DNA from: Amoebophrya sp. A120
Taxonomy: Eukaryota; Protista; Dinoflagellata
Reading direction: 5' to 3'
Length of the DNA: 64,000 bases
NCBI GenBank assembly: GCA_905178155.1
Contig: CAJINV010000008.1
Span: 1,240,001 to 1,304,000, forward strand
Shown here: positions 1 to 13,100 of the stretch, in pieces
Numbering within the stretch: the stretch's first letter is position 1
Layout: every line of letters starts with the position of its first letter
Made by a program: the position numbers and the translations under genes
Notes under the pieces: model-generated
The model's input: only the letters and a program-made list of their open reading frames with translations
Database searches by the model: none
Told to the model about the DNA's origin: nothing

Positions 1-847
1 AGCTGATGTGTCCTCTTCTAGCGACATCAACACATATTAAGCACGAGCGCCTGTGCCGCGACAGTATCTTTCGTTAGTGCTATGTGCACTACGTTCTTGG
101 TCTCCCATTGAATACCGAGTTCTCCTGCTCGGAGCGCAGATTTGTATCATCACTGCCGAAAAATCGACAAAGTTCCAACAAAAAAAAACAGAAATCTGCT
201 GTCTTCAACAAAAACTCGACAGAAAATCGATCCGCAGCCCCAGCCAAAAATGCATGTTTGCGAAGACGTAGACGACAACATTGACAGTCCACAGTCAAAA
301 CTGCCAAAGCAGCAAGTTCGGCCGTATTCATCCCAGCCCGGAGCACAAAGTTGTAAAATCAAAATGGAAGAAGATCATATCAAAGATGAAATGCCCGACA
401 AAAATGTTTTTGTAAGAACGCTGTAGGACTAAGACCAGGACCATGCAAATCTAAATGCATGAAGGTACGACCAATCGTAGAATTTTGGAGGTACTTACTC
501 AGGTGCCTACATGCGTATGAAAAATTACCGATCATACTGACTCTGTTTTGATTATCACATCAAGCAAATTACGTAGCACTAGCAAAAAAGTCAGTGCAGG
601 GTCGTGCCGTACATATGTATCTACATGAGGCCGTAAGTGGTACTTCTCGTCCACTTCTACTACAGTAAAAAGATAGGTACTAATACACCTGTAACTACCT
701 CCTGTGTCAGGTGATCGTTGCCCAACTAGAAGTTCTTGCAGAAGTTGTTGCATTATTCGGCTTCGCTCCCACTTGAAGACGAAGTATACAGTAGTTGTTC
801 TTTTGTTTCTTTATTTTTTGAAGACGGAAGGTGGACCAAAGGCAAAC

Positions 848-2909
848 ATGTCATCCGACGCAGCAGCTGGAGCTACCGGATCGGTGCAGGTAGTCGCCGC
901 CGGGTCAGAAGCAGAGATGAACTCCGCCGAAAGCATAGACCATGAGATCCAGGTATTTCTATAACACGAACTCCTCGTAGTTGACTTCCTTACATCTGAC
1001 ATAGGAGAAACCTCCAGAGCAGTTTGCTACATCTTCTTGGCCATATTTAAAAGGCAAAATGAAAATGTAAAATTTCAATCTACCGTATGTGGTGATGCAT
1101 GAAGTGGCTCCCACGCACCGAAGCCCGTAATGTCACCTGACTGCTTCGAGCACTTTTTTACCAACATTAGTGAAAAACGAATTTTAAATTTACCTTTTTC
1201 AACATCGAGCAACCAGTTGTGGCAGTAAGCTGCTATCAACAGAGCGCTCGGCTGAGCACTGCTGATTTGCCTGGTGGCACACATTTCAAAAAAAAACTCA
1301 AGAGGGCTCAAAAAAAAGAAAAGAAAAAAAGAGGGCCGCCCCAGTCCGTCAAAGAAATGAAAAGAAAAGAACCGGGTGAAAAAAAAAAGAATAAAGCCAG
1401 TGGTGAACTTGAAAAATGTGACAGGCATCATCTGCAAAAAAAAAAAGGAAAAAACCCCGGCAGAGAAGGACAAAAGCCCCAACAGCAACAAAAAAAAAGA
1501 AAACAATCACCAAATGCAGATGAATCTGCATGCCACCACAAAAAGAAACAAGTTACACCAGCGATGAAATCAAGCACGACCAGGATGGACCTCTTTGACG
1601 TTTCTCTCGCATTGCGCTGAGCAGTCGCGAGCACCATCTTCTCCAGGCTTCTCACGGAGGTTTGCCGTTCCCGCTTGGTCAGCGTGCAACATGGGTCGTG
1701 GTTCCTACCACCTCATCTCCGTCGAAACAAGAAAAGAGCCTTCATCGTTCGCCAACCGCCCAGACAAAATTACATTTTTTACGAGAAACCGTTCGCATCT
1801 TCTTCGCCACGCATGATGTCGCAGCACATCTCCTCCCAGTGCCAGTTCTTCGCTGGATCGTCCTCTCAAAATAAGTATGTCTGCTATGATGTTAAAAACA
1901 GGAACTGGAACAAGAGATGGAATACATGGAGAAGGAGACCGCCGCTGTGAAGGACCTTTCCGAGAAGCAGGACGTTGACCTGAACGAAGCCGGAACTTCG
2001 CTTGAAACGGACGCGCGATCGGTCTACGTGGGAAACGTCGACTACGGTGCCACCCCGGAGGAACTGCAGGAGCACTTCAAATCCTGCGGCAGCATTAACC
2101 GAATCACAATCATGGTCGACAAATACACCTGCTGCCCAAAAGGTAAAAATAAACAGAATATATATAATTTTTGAACTTATGATGTTGACATCAAATAAAA
2201 GGACACTACTATGCAATGAAAAAAATTTCATTTTGCGTTTTGACGAAAACCTGGACGCGCCGAGCGCTCGGCTGGACCAATGGTACTGAGCTGCTTCTCA
2301 GTAGAACTGGAACTGGTGGGGACCTCCTGGATCTAGATTTTATAATTTGATGCAATTATGAACATGAAGTGATGTCTTAATTTTTCCACAGGCTTCGCGT
2401 ACATGGAATTTGCAGATGTAGCGCACGTGCAGAACGCGACTCTGCTAAACGACAGTCTTTTCCGCGGACGACAGCTCAAGGTTATGCCCAAGCGATCAAA
2501 CGTTCCTGGTTACAACAAGTCCAGTAAAGGCAAATCCGGGAAGGGCGTCAAAGGCAAGGGCAAGAAAGGCGGGTACTAGGACCACCTTTAATACTCAATT
2601 TGAATTTTGCTTTTCTTCTTGAGGCTTGTTTTATTTGGTACGATAGGTGGAGATGAAGTCAGACGCATGATTGAATGGTGGTAGCGCCGGCATGATGACC
2701 TACAACTAGTATCACGACCACTTACAACAAACAACATACGTTGACAAGAACGATGCGTAGAATTGCTGTTCTCTTTGTCAGAAGCCAATCTTAATAGCTC
2801 AGTCAAGAATAGAAAATGAAATATACTAATGAAAAGGTACGCCGCAAGCTATGCTCCCGCTTGGGGTGGGAAGAAGGCCAAGGGGAAAGGAAAGTACGCA
2901 CCGTACTAG
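848..2909 (+). CDS. PABPN1: Nuclear poly(A)-binding protein (PABPN1/PABP2); exons 848-952, 1902-2142, 2392-2572, 2837-2909
   Basis: Three GT-AG introns join an acidic coiled coil, an RRM ([23 protein letters not shown]...KGFAYMEF...[13 protein letters not shown]) and a K/G-rich tail ending YAPY*, typical of PABPN1. Confidence 0.9.
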
Positions 2910-4002
2910 ACAGGTGATAAGTGGACGACGCCGCGGCAAATCACATAGTACTATCTCTGCAGCTGCTCTGATCGCCATTTTCTACCACATGAATCACACC
3001 AGAAGCTCGTATTACCTGTTCTAGTATTCTCGATGCTACTCCCGCGACCCACCAAGATGACCCAGCACCAGTAGACCCAGCACCCGAGCCCAGCATATCT
3101 TCAAATGCGGCACTCATCATGAAGAGATTACTAGTTCTGGACGTCGCCGTGCCTGTGTCACAGTCCTCACTACGAGCTTTTTTCTGTTGTGTTTTTGAGC
3201 TTGAGGACACCTACCACTGCACGCACCTGAGTGCTAGCATACGCATTATCAGCATCAGCTTGATTGCTCATGCTCTTCTTGCTGCTGCATGTTGTAGGTG
3301 CTTCACAATCACATTCATCGAATGAACATGACGAAGGCAAGCGCAAGCAGCGAACATAGACAACACGAAAAGAAATCAAAGCGAAAAAACAAGAAAGCCT
3401 GTATTTTATTGAAACGAATAAAGCGATAAAGTAAGAAGGTGCTTTTCCTACCTTCGCATTCGCTCACTATTAGGATTTTCGATTACGAGCCTATTTCGTT
3501 TGTTCATTCGTGGGTCCCAGACCCAGTGGAGCTTTCCTCGCTTCTCTTATTGTTAGTTTGCGTCGTCGAAGTAGAGCATTCAATTTCATCAAATTTCGTC
3601 CTCGTCGGCAGTATTGACGCCCCTTCGCTTTCGCAACGCGAAATATCAATTTGAGTACTGCTACTGTCTGATTTATGATTCGATTGAGTTGTTTGAGAAT
3701 GGGGCTTCGGCTTCCTCGTGATGTTGAATCGACTATAATCCGCTTCAAACCCTGCATCGAAGACCTGTTGGTTGTGTAAGAAAGTGGGTATAATTCTAGT
3801 CGCATAATTATGTGGTAAAACAAAGCTCACCTGGAAATTGAAAAGAAAATGTAAAGCCTTCAGTAGTATTTGTATTATGACCCGCCGAGGAATCCGAACC
3901 TGCTTCTGCTTGTGTTTCAGCACCACGACAGGCCTCCCCGACACGACCGGTGCAAGAAGTGCCCAACTACGTGTATCTCCCAAATAACAGCGAGCTACAC
4001 GA

Positions 4003-6665
4003 ATGACGGATGTCGCACAGCTTTTCGAGGAGTTAGATCGCCTGCGTGACAGCGCACTGGACGGGGCGGCAGGCGGGAAACAGGAGAATACCCGGCTGCT
4101 GGATGTCCTGTTCGAGAAATTCACGGGTAATTTGGACGCCGTCTTGGAATCATGGCACCAGCGCATGGCTGCGCTGGAGAGCCAACTGATGGCGATAAAG
4201 ACGACCAAGGGAAATAATATTGACTCCGAAGTACTACATACCAGACGAGGCGTCTCCCATGAAGACTACGGTCGCAAAAATATCAACAACAATGCTCATG
4301 CTGTGGCTGTCGAAAATAAAAAATATTGCAATCATCGTGATGGGCTTGTTCGTCGCGCTACCACCCGATCCACAGCAGCAGAACAGGCCTCGCAACCGAA
4401 TCAGCACAGTCACCAGACGCAGAACTTTCTGTTTTACGAATCCGCATTTGGAGGGCAACATGAGGGCCAACGACAAGTGCAGGGTCCTTCTAGTACTCTA
4501 GTCGTGCGTCGCGACAGCTCCGAAAATCCGCGAAGCTCCTTCCCACAGCAACCGCCGCGTTTCCGCACACGGTCGACTGGAATCAGTAGGCCTGCTTTTC
4601 ACTTTGCCGCTGCGACAGAAAGCTCGCGCAGCCGCCGGGAAACCATAGCGGAGGAAGTCGCGAAGGTCGCGACAGTGGAGTCCCGTCCTCCTCCAGCACA
4701 GGCACGACCAACAAATAGAATGCTGAAGCCATCGTATTCCTGTCCGGGCCCGCCATCAATAAGTGCCACAGCGAGTAGAATTTCTCCGATTGCCGGGCTT
4801 GGGGATGGTCAACCTCAACACGATCCTGCTCCTGGCTGCTCTAGTGGGGAAATGGGACGACAACCGAAGGAAATCAGGACCTTCGCTGCAGCTACGTATA
4901 ATCGGCCAACGTTTATTTCTGAAGTTTTTCGTCCACCTGCACGTTCCTGGCTTCCGCCCGAGCAGCTGCCCATGAACAATTTTCTGACCGCCAGAATGGA
5001 CCGAGTCCGAGATGACCGCAAAATACTACGGCAAAGAAGCAGGAGCATTCAAGATCGGTGCAAAAATCTGCTGCGGCTAGAGCCACACCTGCAGCATGTT
5101 CATGTACATGGCACTGACAGAGGTAGGGATACGTATGGCGCCGAAACCCTTGGCTGCCTGCCGGCGGAACAACAAGATGTCGAACAACTACGGATAAAGC
5201 ACGAACTCATTTACGCGGAGGAGGTCCGTCAAAAGCGGGAGTACACAAAAAAGATGCGACGGCTTCAAGAAACGTTCTGCTCACCCTCGACGAAAGCGAG
5301 CGGAGCAAGCGGTAGAGGTTCTACTTCCACCTCGTCTTCAACATCGACCGATGCAACCAAGCTCAAAAAAATGCCGCAACCTTTCGCCTTCACCGGGCTA
5401 TCACACAAAACTACACGACACACCAGGAAAAACACAAATTTGCGTTGCAGTTGTTGGTGTCACAAAGACAAAACTAGCCTCTTTTTGGCCTACAGATTTT
5501 CTTGCCACCTCGTTTTTAGTCGCTAACTTGCATCACGAACTGCATTCCGCAGCAGGCCAGCACATCAAGATTGCCGGTCATCTTGTAGTCTCCGCGTCAC
5601 AGAGTGAAGAAGACTTCTGAGACAATTGCAACTACAACTTAATTTCTGGTTGTATGGGTGTCATTTTCCCCATGATACGGGCTGCAGCAATTTGATGCCG
5701 CCTTCGCCCGGCTCCACGAGTCCTTCGGCATCAGAATGGACGCGGTCCGCGCGGCCCTGCACCACGCAAAAACGACGGCCGCCAGCGTGAAGCACGACGA
5801 ACGCAAAGTGCTCCAGAAGATCGACGCTGCGTTGACAAAAGCCGCCGAAATGGCGACGAAGAAGTACCTATCAAATGTAGGAGTGTCTGGGTCTGGAAGA
5901 ATTCATGTCTGTCATGCTTGTCTGGCATGACTCTTAAATCTGTCATGCACGTTACCCAAGAGCTCCGTTTTTCTGTGATGCAGAAGCGCAGTTTGTCATG
6001 CAGAATAGGCAACACCTAGGAGCTCAGAAATTTGTCATGCTGAGCCAGCATTTGTAGCCTCATCATGAGACGCCACCCAGCGTCACAAGTTTCCAGACCC
6101 AGACACTTTTGCTTTTGATAGTACCTGGCTTGCCCGCAGATATACGAGAAAATCCATCTGCGGGAGGAGTTGAAGTATCAACATATGCATTGCAAAAGTA
6201 ACGTACTAGTAAATTAATTGCATTACAAATTTTAGCAAGAACAAAAGTGAAATTTGTAATGCTGTTTTAACTTAGGAGGGAGATTTGTCATGCATATTTG
6301 CAATTAGTACGAGTGCGATACTTTTGCACTTGATACAACTCCAGGCGAAGCAATTCGAGAAGTCCAAGGAAATGTTGAATACAACGACGCGAGGAGGTTC
6401 TACTTCATCTCCAACAAGCAAAAATGATCGGACGTCGATTATGTCGGGCGATTTCTTCTTTGGGAAGAGCCAAAAGTTCCAAGAACAACTGCATCAGGAA
6501 GTAGATCAAGGTGAAGAAGCCGACGCGCATGCCGAAATGCTGACACTGCAAAAACTAGCCCGTGACATACTACATTTCTGCGAAAATACTACGCAGGAAG
6601 TAGGGCGAGCTATCACCTGGGGCGGTCTGCCTTACGTCGAAGTGCTTCTTCTCGAGTACATGTAA
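4003..6665 (+). CDS. Hypothetical coiled-coil/low-complexity protein interrupted by three introners
   Basis: ORFs 4003, 5736 and 6285 join in frame once each TIR element plus 5 nt is removed (TGL|QQFD, KKYL|ACPQ, KYQ|LQAK). Confidence 0.7.
5399..5677. mobile_element. Introner (TIR element), TSD CGGGC
   Basis: cgggc|tatca...tgata|cgggc with degenerate longer inverted repeats; removal restores the frame. Confidence 0.8.
5869..6120 (-). mobile_element. Introner family A (reverse orientation), TSD GTACC
   Basis: About 30-bp TIR tatcaaa.g.a..agtgtctgggtctggaa; interior motifs are reverse-complementary to the 11685 copy. Confidence 0.9.
6184..6335. mobile_element. Introner family C, TSD CAACA/CAACT
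   Basis: TIR tat....tgcaaaagta.cg.act.gta; similar to 28720-28870 in sequence and length. Confidence 0.85.
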
Positions 6666-7642
6666 AATGATTTAGAAACAACGGCAAAAAGAATAAGTGA
6701 AATGTCAAAGCAGTGCTGTGATTTTTTGTTATTTCCGGCACTTTTCTGTCGTAAGAAAAAAAGAATAAGAAATGAATGCACTTGCCGCAACAAGATCGAG
6801 ACGCTTGTTTCTTCTTGTATGATTCATTTATCTTCCCGGGCGAATGAACAAAGAATGCAGCATCTGTCGCAGCGGCAGCGACCTGCTCGACATCAAAATA
6901 ACTGGTTTCTAGAAGATGTAATTTAGGTGCATCCCATGCCTACCATGGGCGTTTTGAAACAATCTATAGATACACAATCCCAAAAGCAAAGCCATAAGCT
7001 GCTAGAGGACCAGCATCCTCAGTTTCTGCTTTAGTCGTCTCTTGTGCAAATGTGCGACAGGCACATGCAGCATGTGTGTTCGTTCCAACATCAAGAAAAG
7101 ATCGCCTACAACTTTTCTTCATCGCGAACAGCCAAAGATGCGTGTTAGTGTACTAGATCCGTCGTCCTCCCTGAGGTAGGTTAAAAATCGCGGTCGCGGC
7201 GACAACTTGACTTCGACTTGGCATCGTCGTTACTTGTTGTATTGTTTCGCCTCGGCAGGCCCAGGCTTGCTGCGTAGCAGATCACGCAGACACAGGCGAT
7301 AGGATAGAAGCTCTTTGTAATCTGAAGGCAGTAGCGGGCACAGCTTCATCGGTCGAACCACAATCTGATCCTGTGTATGTGTCTGTCTTGCAACAATGAA
7401 TTATTGCAGTCCGTATTCGACCGCAACATAGCATGAGTCTTGTGGTATAAATCAAGACGATATTAACGCCTGCAGATATGGTTGTTCTGCTATTGTCTAG
7501 AGTAGGTCTAGTACCAGTTTGACCCTTATCAACAAGTTAATATGTGACCTGTGTGTGTTATCTTAGTATTCGTTTTCGATTCCTTCTCTTTTTCTCAATG
7601 ATCTAGCTAGAATTTTCGTATTTCAAGCAGAAAAAAGAAATA

Positions 7643-9520
7643 ATGTCGGATAGCGAACAGGAATTCGAGTTCGAGTCGGATGGCGAGATTACACAGGACG
7701 AAGATGAGGATGAGGACGCTATTGCGATCGAGAACCATTTTTACGAGGCGGATGATCACAAGCTCAACAACCCCGCGCATGCGCTGCAGCAGTTTCAGAA
7801 GGTGGTATCTTTGGACAACGAGCGGCAGCGAAAGAATGGCGGCGGCGGCCGACAGAGCAACGAGCAGTGGAAGTTCAAATCTCTGCAGAACATCGTGATT
7901 CTTGCGGCGCGCGTCGGCCAAACCGACACGATGCGCAACACCATGCGCGAGGTGCTCTCGCTGTTGGGGTCGGTGAGCAGAAATGACGCGCAGGAGGCCG
8001 TAAACTCGATTCTCGATCAAATTCTCCAACCCCTTCTGCTGCTGCAAGGTACTAGCGAAGTGTGCGTAGATGGTGCAGCACCACCATCATTACACGGCAG
8101 CAAAATAAACCAGCCGGCGGGTGCGTTGCCAGTGATACTGATCGAGATGTATGAAATGACTTTGGACCACCTGGAGAAAGACGACAATCAGTTTTCCCTT
8201 TGGCTCTCCTCCGTGATAAAGTTGTGCAAACTGCATTTGCAATCCTTCGAGAAAAGCGGCAATGAGCAGGACCGCGGGAGCCTGAAGCGGTTGATTCCAA
8301 AAATCTACAGCGTAATCGACAGAAATAACAGCACTTCTGCTGGATCTGGAGCAGGGACAACTACAACATCAACTACGTCTTCACACAATAACTTATTGCA
8401 AACTAACAGCACGCAGTGGATCGAAATTTACGCTGTGGAGATCCAGTTCGCGGCACTGATCCAAGATTTCCAACGGTTGAAGGAGTTGTATCCCAAAACC
8501 ATCGAGCTCACGTCCGCGATCGCAGACCCGCGGAACCTCGCCGTCATCCGGGAGATCGGAGGGCGCTACCTGTACATGCGGGAAAAGCAGTGGCTCCAAG
8601 CCTACAACGAGTTTTTCGAGGCCTTCCAGACCTACCAGGCGCTCGGCAACGGGAGCAAGGCCAAGCTGATGCTGAAGTTTGTGATCCTCAGCAACATGCT
8701 GGCCTGCTCGGATATCAACCCCTTCGACAGTCGGGAGGCCAAGGTGTACGCCGAAGATCCGGAGCTGAAGAAACTGATTCAACTGCGGCAAGCGGTAGAG
8801 ACAAACGACGTGGACGGACTGAACGAACACTTGGCACACTTTTTGCAGACGGAGAAGGAGATTTTCGCGGACTTTGAACAAGAGTTGAGAAGTGTGACGA
8901 GGTCGGGCATTGTGTTGCACCTCCTCACGGCGTACCAAAAAATATCGCTGTCCTACCTCGCGAATCTGCTGGAGGTGCCCGAGGCAGAAACGCTGCACCT
9001 CGTGAAAACCCTGATACTCAACGGCCGGCTAGACAACTGCCTTGTAGACGAAGTCACGGGATTTCTCGTGCGTGTCCGAATGCCCGACGAGGAGGAGGAA
9101 GAGGAAGACACGAAAGACGACAACTCCTCCAAGAGGAAAACTCTAGTCCAGGATCTGCAGCAGGCACGACAGTTGGAAATGGGCAAGTGGTTGGAGAGCC
9201 TAGACAGAATCAGCTTTAACTTGACCAACAACGCGGCCACTTCTATCTCGCTATTCTCTGGGGGCGGAAGCGCAGCCTCGTCTTTTTCGAACGCCGGGGA
9301 CACGCCTCTGCTCGGTCCCAGTGCAGCGCCGCACGGAGGAATTATGCCGCCAGGTGGGGGTTTACTGGGTTCGGCAATGGACGACCACCTGGGTGGTCCG
9401 GGCGACATGATGGAGCCGGCTGCATTCGATTTGTCAGCGGAACCAGCGGGCCAGCAAGATCTTCTGGATGACCCTGCCGGATTGACACATTATAACTCAA
9501 CGCAATTTTACCAACAATGA
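7643..9520 (+). CDS. CSN2: COP9 signalosome subunit 2 (PCI domain), intronless
   Basis: Motifs IENHFYEA, WKFKSLQNIV, IEIYAVEIQ, AIADPRNLAVIREIGG, AYNEFFEAF and INPFDSREAKVY. Confidence 0.9.
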   Translation: MSDSEQEFEFESDGEITQDEDEDEDAIAIENHFYEADDHKLNNPAHALQQFQKVVSLDNERQRKNGGGGRQSNEQWKFKSLQNIVILAARVGQTDTMRNTMREVLSLLGSVSRNDAQEAVNSILDQILQPLLLLQGTSEVCVDGAAPPSLHGSKINQPAGALPVILIEMYEMTLDHLEKDDNQFSLWLSSVIKLCKLHLQSFEKSGNEQDRGSLKRLIPKIYSVIDRNNSTSAGSGAGTTTTSTTSSHNNLLQTNSTQWIEIYAVEIQFAALIQDFQRLKELYPKTIELTSAIADPRNLAVIREIGGRYLYMREKQWLQAYNEFFEAFQTYQALGNGSKAKLMLKFVILSNMLACSDINPFDSREAKVYAEDPELKKLIQLRQAVETNDVDGLNEHLAHFLQTEKEIFADFEQELRSVTRSGIVLHLLTAYQKISLSYLANLLEVPEAETLHLVKTLILNGRLDNCLVDEVTGFLVRVRMPDEEEEEEDTKDDNSSKRKTLVQDLQQARQLEMGKWLESLDRISFNLTNNAATSISLFSGGGSAASSFSNAGDTPLLGPSAAPHGGIMPPGGGLLGSAMDDHLGGPGDMMEPAAFDLSAEPAGQQDLLDDPAGLTHYNSTQFYQQ

Positions 9521-10152
9521 AGATGAGCCCGGCCATCGGCGAGGACGCTCCTACACGACCCAGACATCGCCGTCACGGAACGTTCCTGTTCCTCGGCGCA
9601 TCATCAATAACTTAGTGTGTCTGTGAAAGTGGAAGATGATGCACGTGTTGACGATATGTCCTGCTGATGTTCGGGTGTGGTTTCACTGTTACCACCAATC
9701 TGAATCTTTTTTGTAGTTGGAATGAAGAAAATCCAAATCGAAATCGAATTCGACAGGCCTCCTCGTACAACATCAATTGTTGCAGCGCTGGTGGCTGCGA
9801 CCTGTTGCGAAGTAAAATCGCGATGGCATCATAGTCGGCATTTCGAAGTTCTTCGTCATACGTAGTGAGGGTACGAGCGTTTTAATCTATCAGGCTGTTT
9901 GCCATGGTGGAGGCCCTCGTGAGGCCATAGCAACAGCATGCGGTAAGGGTTTTTCTACGAAAGCGTTGCTCTTTGTAGGCGTCACGCAGGGTTAGCGACA
10001 TTTCAATCTGTGCCTACTGCACGCAAAGCTGCAAGTTGATTAACTTTTAGGATTGGTATCCGCTCTCTGATGCATGCGCACAACTTCATCGAAAATTATC
10101 TTCGCATGCTTGACTGAAGTCTGTTGATCTTTGTTGATCAACCTATGAACGG

Positions 10153-13100
10153 ATGATGAGCCACCTGCTTCTTCTTGTTTTGAATCTTCTTGGTTTATTC
10201 GCAATTTGTTGCGTAGGTGCAGCCACTATCGAACTTCCATCCAACGAGGATTTGCGGCGCGCTGTGGAGCTGCATGGGCAGAAAGTTGCACGTGCTACAA
10301 AATTCTACGACGATCAGATTCGGCGCGTCACTCGGAACGGCCAGAAGCCGCAATTTCTGGACCCCGCAGTGCATCCTAATCTACCGCCAGACTCGCGGTT
10401 TAACGGGGTTTTTCTGTCGCAGGACCTGTACCGAGAACTGTTCAAAGATGCGGACAAGCACGATTTCATCGCAGTCATTGAACTGCTTGCGGCCATGTCC
10501 CGCGGCTATTTTCACGATGTCGCTGAGCTCCAGCGACAAATTTTGGATGCTCCTGCTTCAGCTGAAGGCTCGTCGGAAGTGGTGGCAAAGGCACAAGAAT
10601 CCGCCCCGAGAAGGTACTGGTCTGCTACACGCTGTCAAAGGTCTTCCCTTTTCGCCTTGGCCTATTATCGGCGCCATAATGGAGCCGGGACAACTTCTAC
10701 TTCCACGCGAAAGCAAAAGCCTAGCGAGTCGGTGGAAACTTCTTCAAACCGGACCTCTGACCTGAGGATCGAGCTTAGCAGCAAAAGCTTCGCGTCGTTT
10801 GCTCGACGCTTTAACCATTTTCGTTTTCCACGGCTATTCACCAGGGCGGACAGCGGACGCGGTCACAGGCTGATTACGCAAAAAGCGGCAAAGGAACTGC
10901 GCACAAAAGTACGAAACCGAACGTGAATTGGACTAGCAAGATCGGATAGCGCTCGAAGCAAGATCGGATAGCGCTCGAAGCAGATCAATGATAATGTGCT
11001 CTTGGCTCGTCCGCACACGCGTAGATAAAAACACCATGCGTAATCTTCGTGGTGTATGTGAAGAAGCTCTCTGCAGCTAATTCATGAAAGCAACGGCAAA
11101 GCCGAGTTGTGAACGTCAACGTTTTTCAACCTCGCTGCTACAAACGCTGAGTTATAGGCTCTCATCGACCTTCTTACCAGATCCGTATGGTTTTTCCTGT
11201 GCGTTCGAGCACAGCACATTGATTGACGCAATCAAGGCATTTTTAGCACTAGCACAGCTCTTGAAGGATTCCAATTCACCGGTTGTGGGGCTATATAATA
11301 AACCGCCGTCTCTACTTCGTCCTCGCCGCTGGTTTCGCAAAGACAAGGAGCAACCGGCGTCGCTCGCGATAACAGCAAAACGGAGGACGGTGCTGGTGTC
11401 CCTGGTGAAGATGCGAAGGGCCGCGACGAGGACCCGATTACCTCTGTGCCGGTAGCGACAACCGCGGGAATGGAGAGGTGGCAGTCGCTAGCAAGCCCGA
11501 ACCGACAAGCCGATCCTTGCTCGGAGGCGATCGGTACGGTGCTGCAGGTGACTGAATTTGTGAACGAAAATCGACGCCGGCCTGGAAGCAAGCGCCCGCC
11601 GGAAGATCCCCGGACATTCCAGAGGACCTGTCCTCGTGAGTTTGCGGGTGCTGTAACGCGACTCGCGATCGAGCAAGTCTTCCGTATCAAATGTAAAAAT
11701 GTCTGGGTCTGGAAGAGTGCGCGATTTGTCATGCTGCTTTTCCACGACCTATGAGGTCTGGAATGCCGGACCTAGCATGACAGATTCTGCGAGACCATTC
11801 TAATGCCTATCCTGCATGAGAAACTACCTCCCGACTTGTTCAAAACTGGGCGACTTTTGGCAATCATGCAACACAGATTTTTGCATGCTGCAGATTTAGC
11901 ATGACAAGTTGCAATCTTCCAGACTCAGACATTTTCGCATTTGATATTCCGCACGGTTCAGCGAAATCAGGTTCCCGCTACAGCGATCCGCGGAGTGGAC
12001 AATATCGACGCACTACTGGCGGGTAGACGAAGGGACGAGGAGGACCCCGACCACAACAAAAACGTCGGAAGCAGCATCGACAATGGTGGCGCCGCTAGGG
12101 CAAGCGCTGTTGGTCGTCCCGGCGCTAGGGTCGACCACGCTGTTCACCACGATGATAGCATGGATAACAACAACGCTATTGACCTGGCACAACTGACCCA
12201 GTTTTTGCCGAGGCTTTATCGAAAATTCGTCCCTTCCTTCAATGTTGCAGTAGAGTCAACAAGTACTACGGCAAACTCCATGAGCGCCGAAGATCATCAT
12301 GCCCGGAGGTGCTATGCACACGTGACTGCTCGCTACGTGGTGCAAGTGGCGGCGATACAGCGCTACTACATGTGCTCCAGCTGGGCTCGGAGCGACCGAC
12401 ATCTGCGGGATGAAACGAAGCGCCAGCTGCTTTACGAAGATTTGTACATGGCCGAAAACTGGATTGCGAACGAGAACATGGACAACATGATTCTTTTGAC
12501 AAACCGAAGTATCATGCTCGTGAACTTCAATTCAACGACTTCGGTCCGTGCTCGTTTGTCGCCTGACGCAAGAACGCACACGACGGCTCCCCCTTCTGTT
12601 CACCTCCCGGGTGTGGGCACGGACACCAAAAAACGCAGCGATTCTTTTTCTTGTAGCACCGCTGCAAGTGGTAGTGGTTCTACTAGTTGTCCATCTACTT
12701 CTACTTCTCGCAACATGGATGTGTGGCTTCGCTTCCCGCATGATCGCAACCATCAAAGAGCTGACACCCTGCAGCGCGTGCAACCGCACCAGCGCATCGA
12801 CGCTTTGGGGAGGAGGTTTCGGCAAGCACTAGCGCTAGAGTCACAACAACGTCAGACCACGTTCTCCACGAGTCGTCGTGGTTTCGCAGAGCAGCATCGT
12901 TCCGCCGGGGAGCGCAGAGAGCCTCAAGAACACAACGCCGAAATCAATTCGGAAGTCGAAGCATCATGCTCCTCGTCACAAGTAGTACCGCAGGAAGACA
13001 ATCATCAAGTTGGAAAGCACGCTGGATGGCTGCTGGATGCTACTCAACCACAACCAAAGCCGCGTAATATAGAGCAGCTGCGTCGTGACGGTGACAACGT

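Noticed and set aside
142-426. Possible 3' end of an upstream gene
   Set aside because: There is no recognisable motif and the region is truncated by the window edge.
1090-1142. Possible intronic C/D snoRNA (TGATGC...CTGA)
   Set aside because: The C box is imperfect and no convincing guide sequence was recognised; an Infernal scan would be needed.
1075-1655. Lys-rich and Phe-rich ORFs
   Set aside because: They arise from A tracts inside PABPN1 intron 1.
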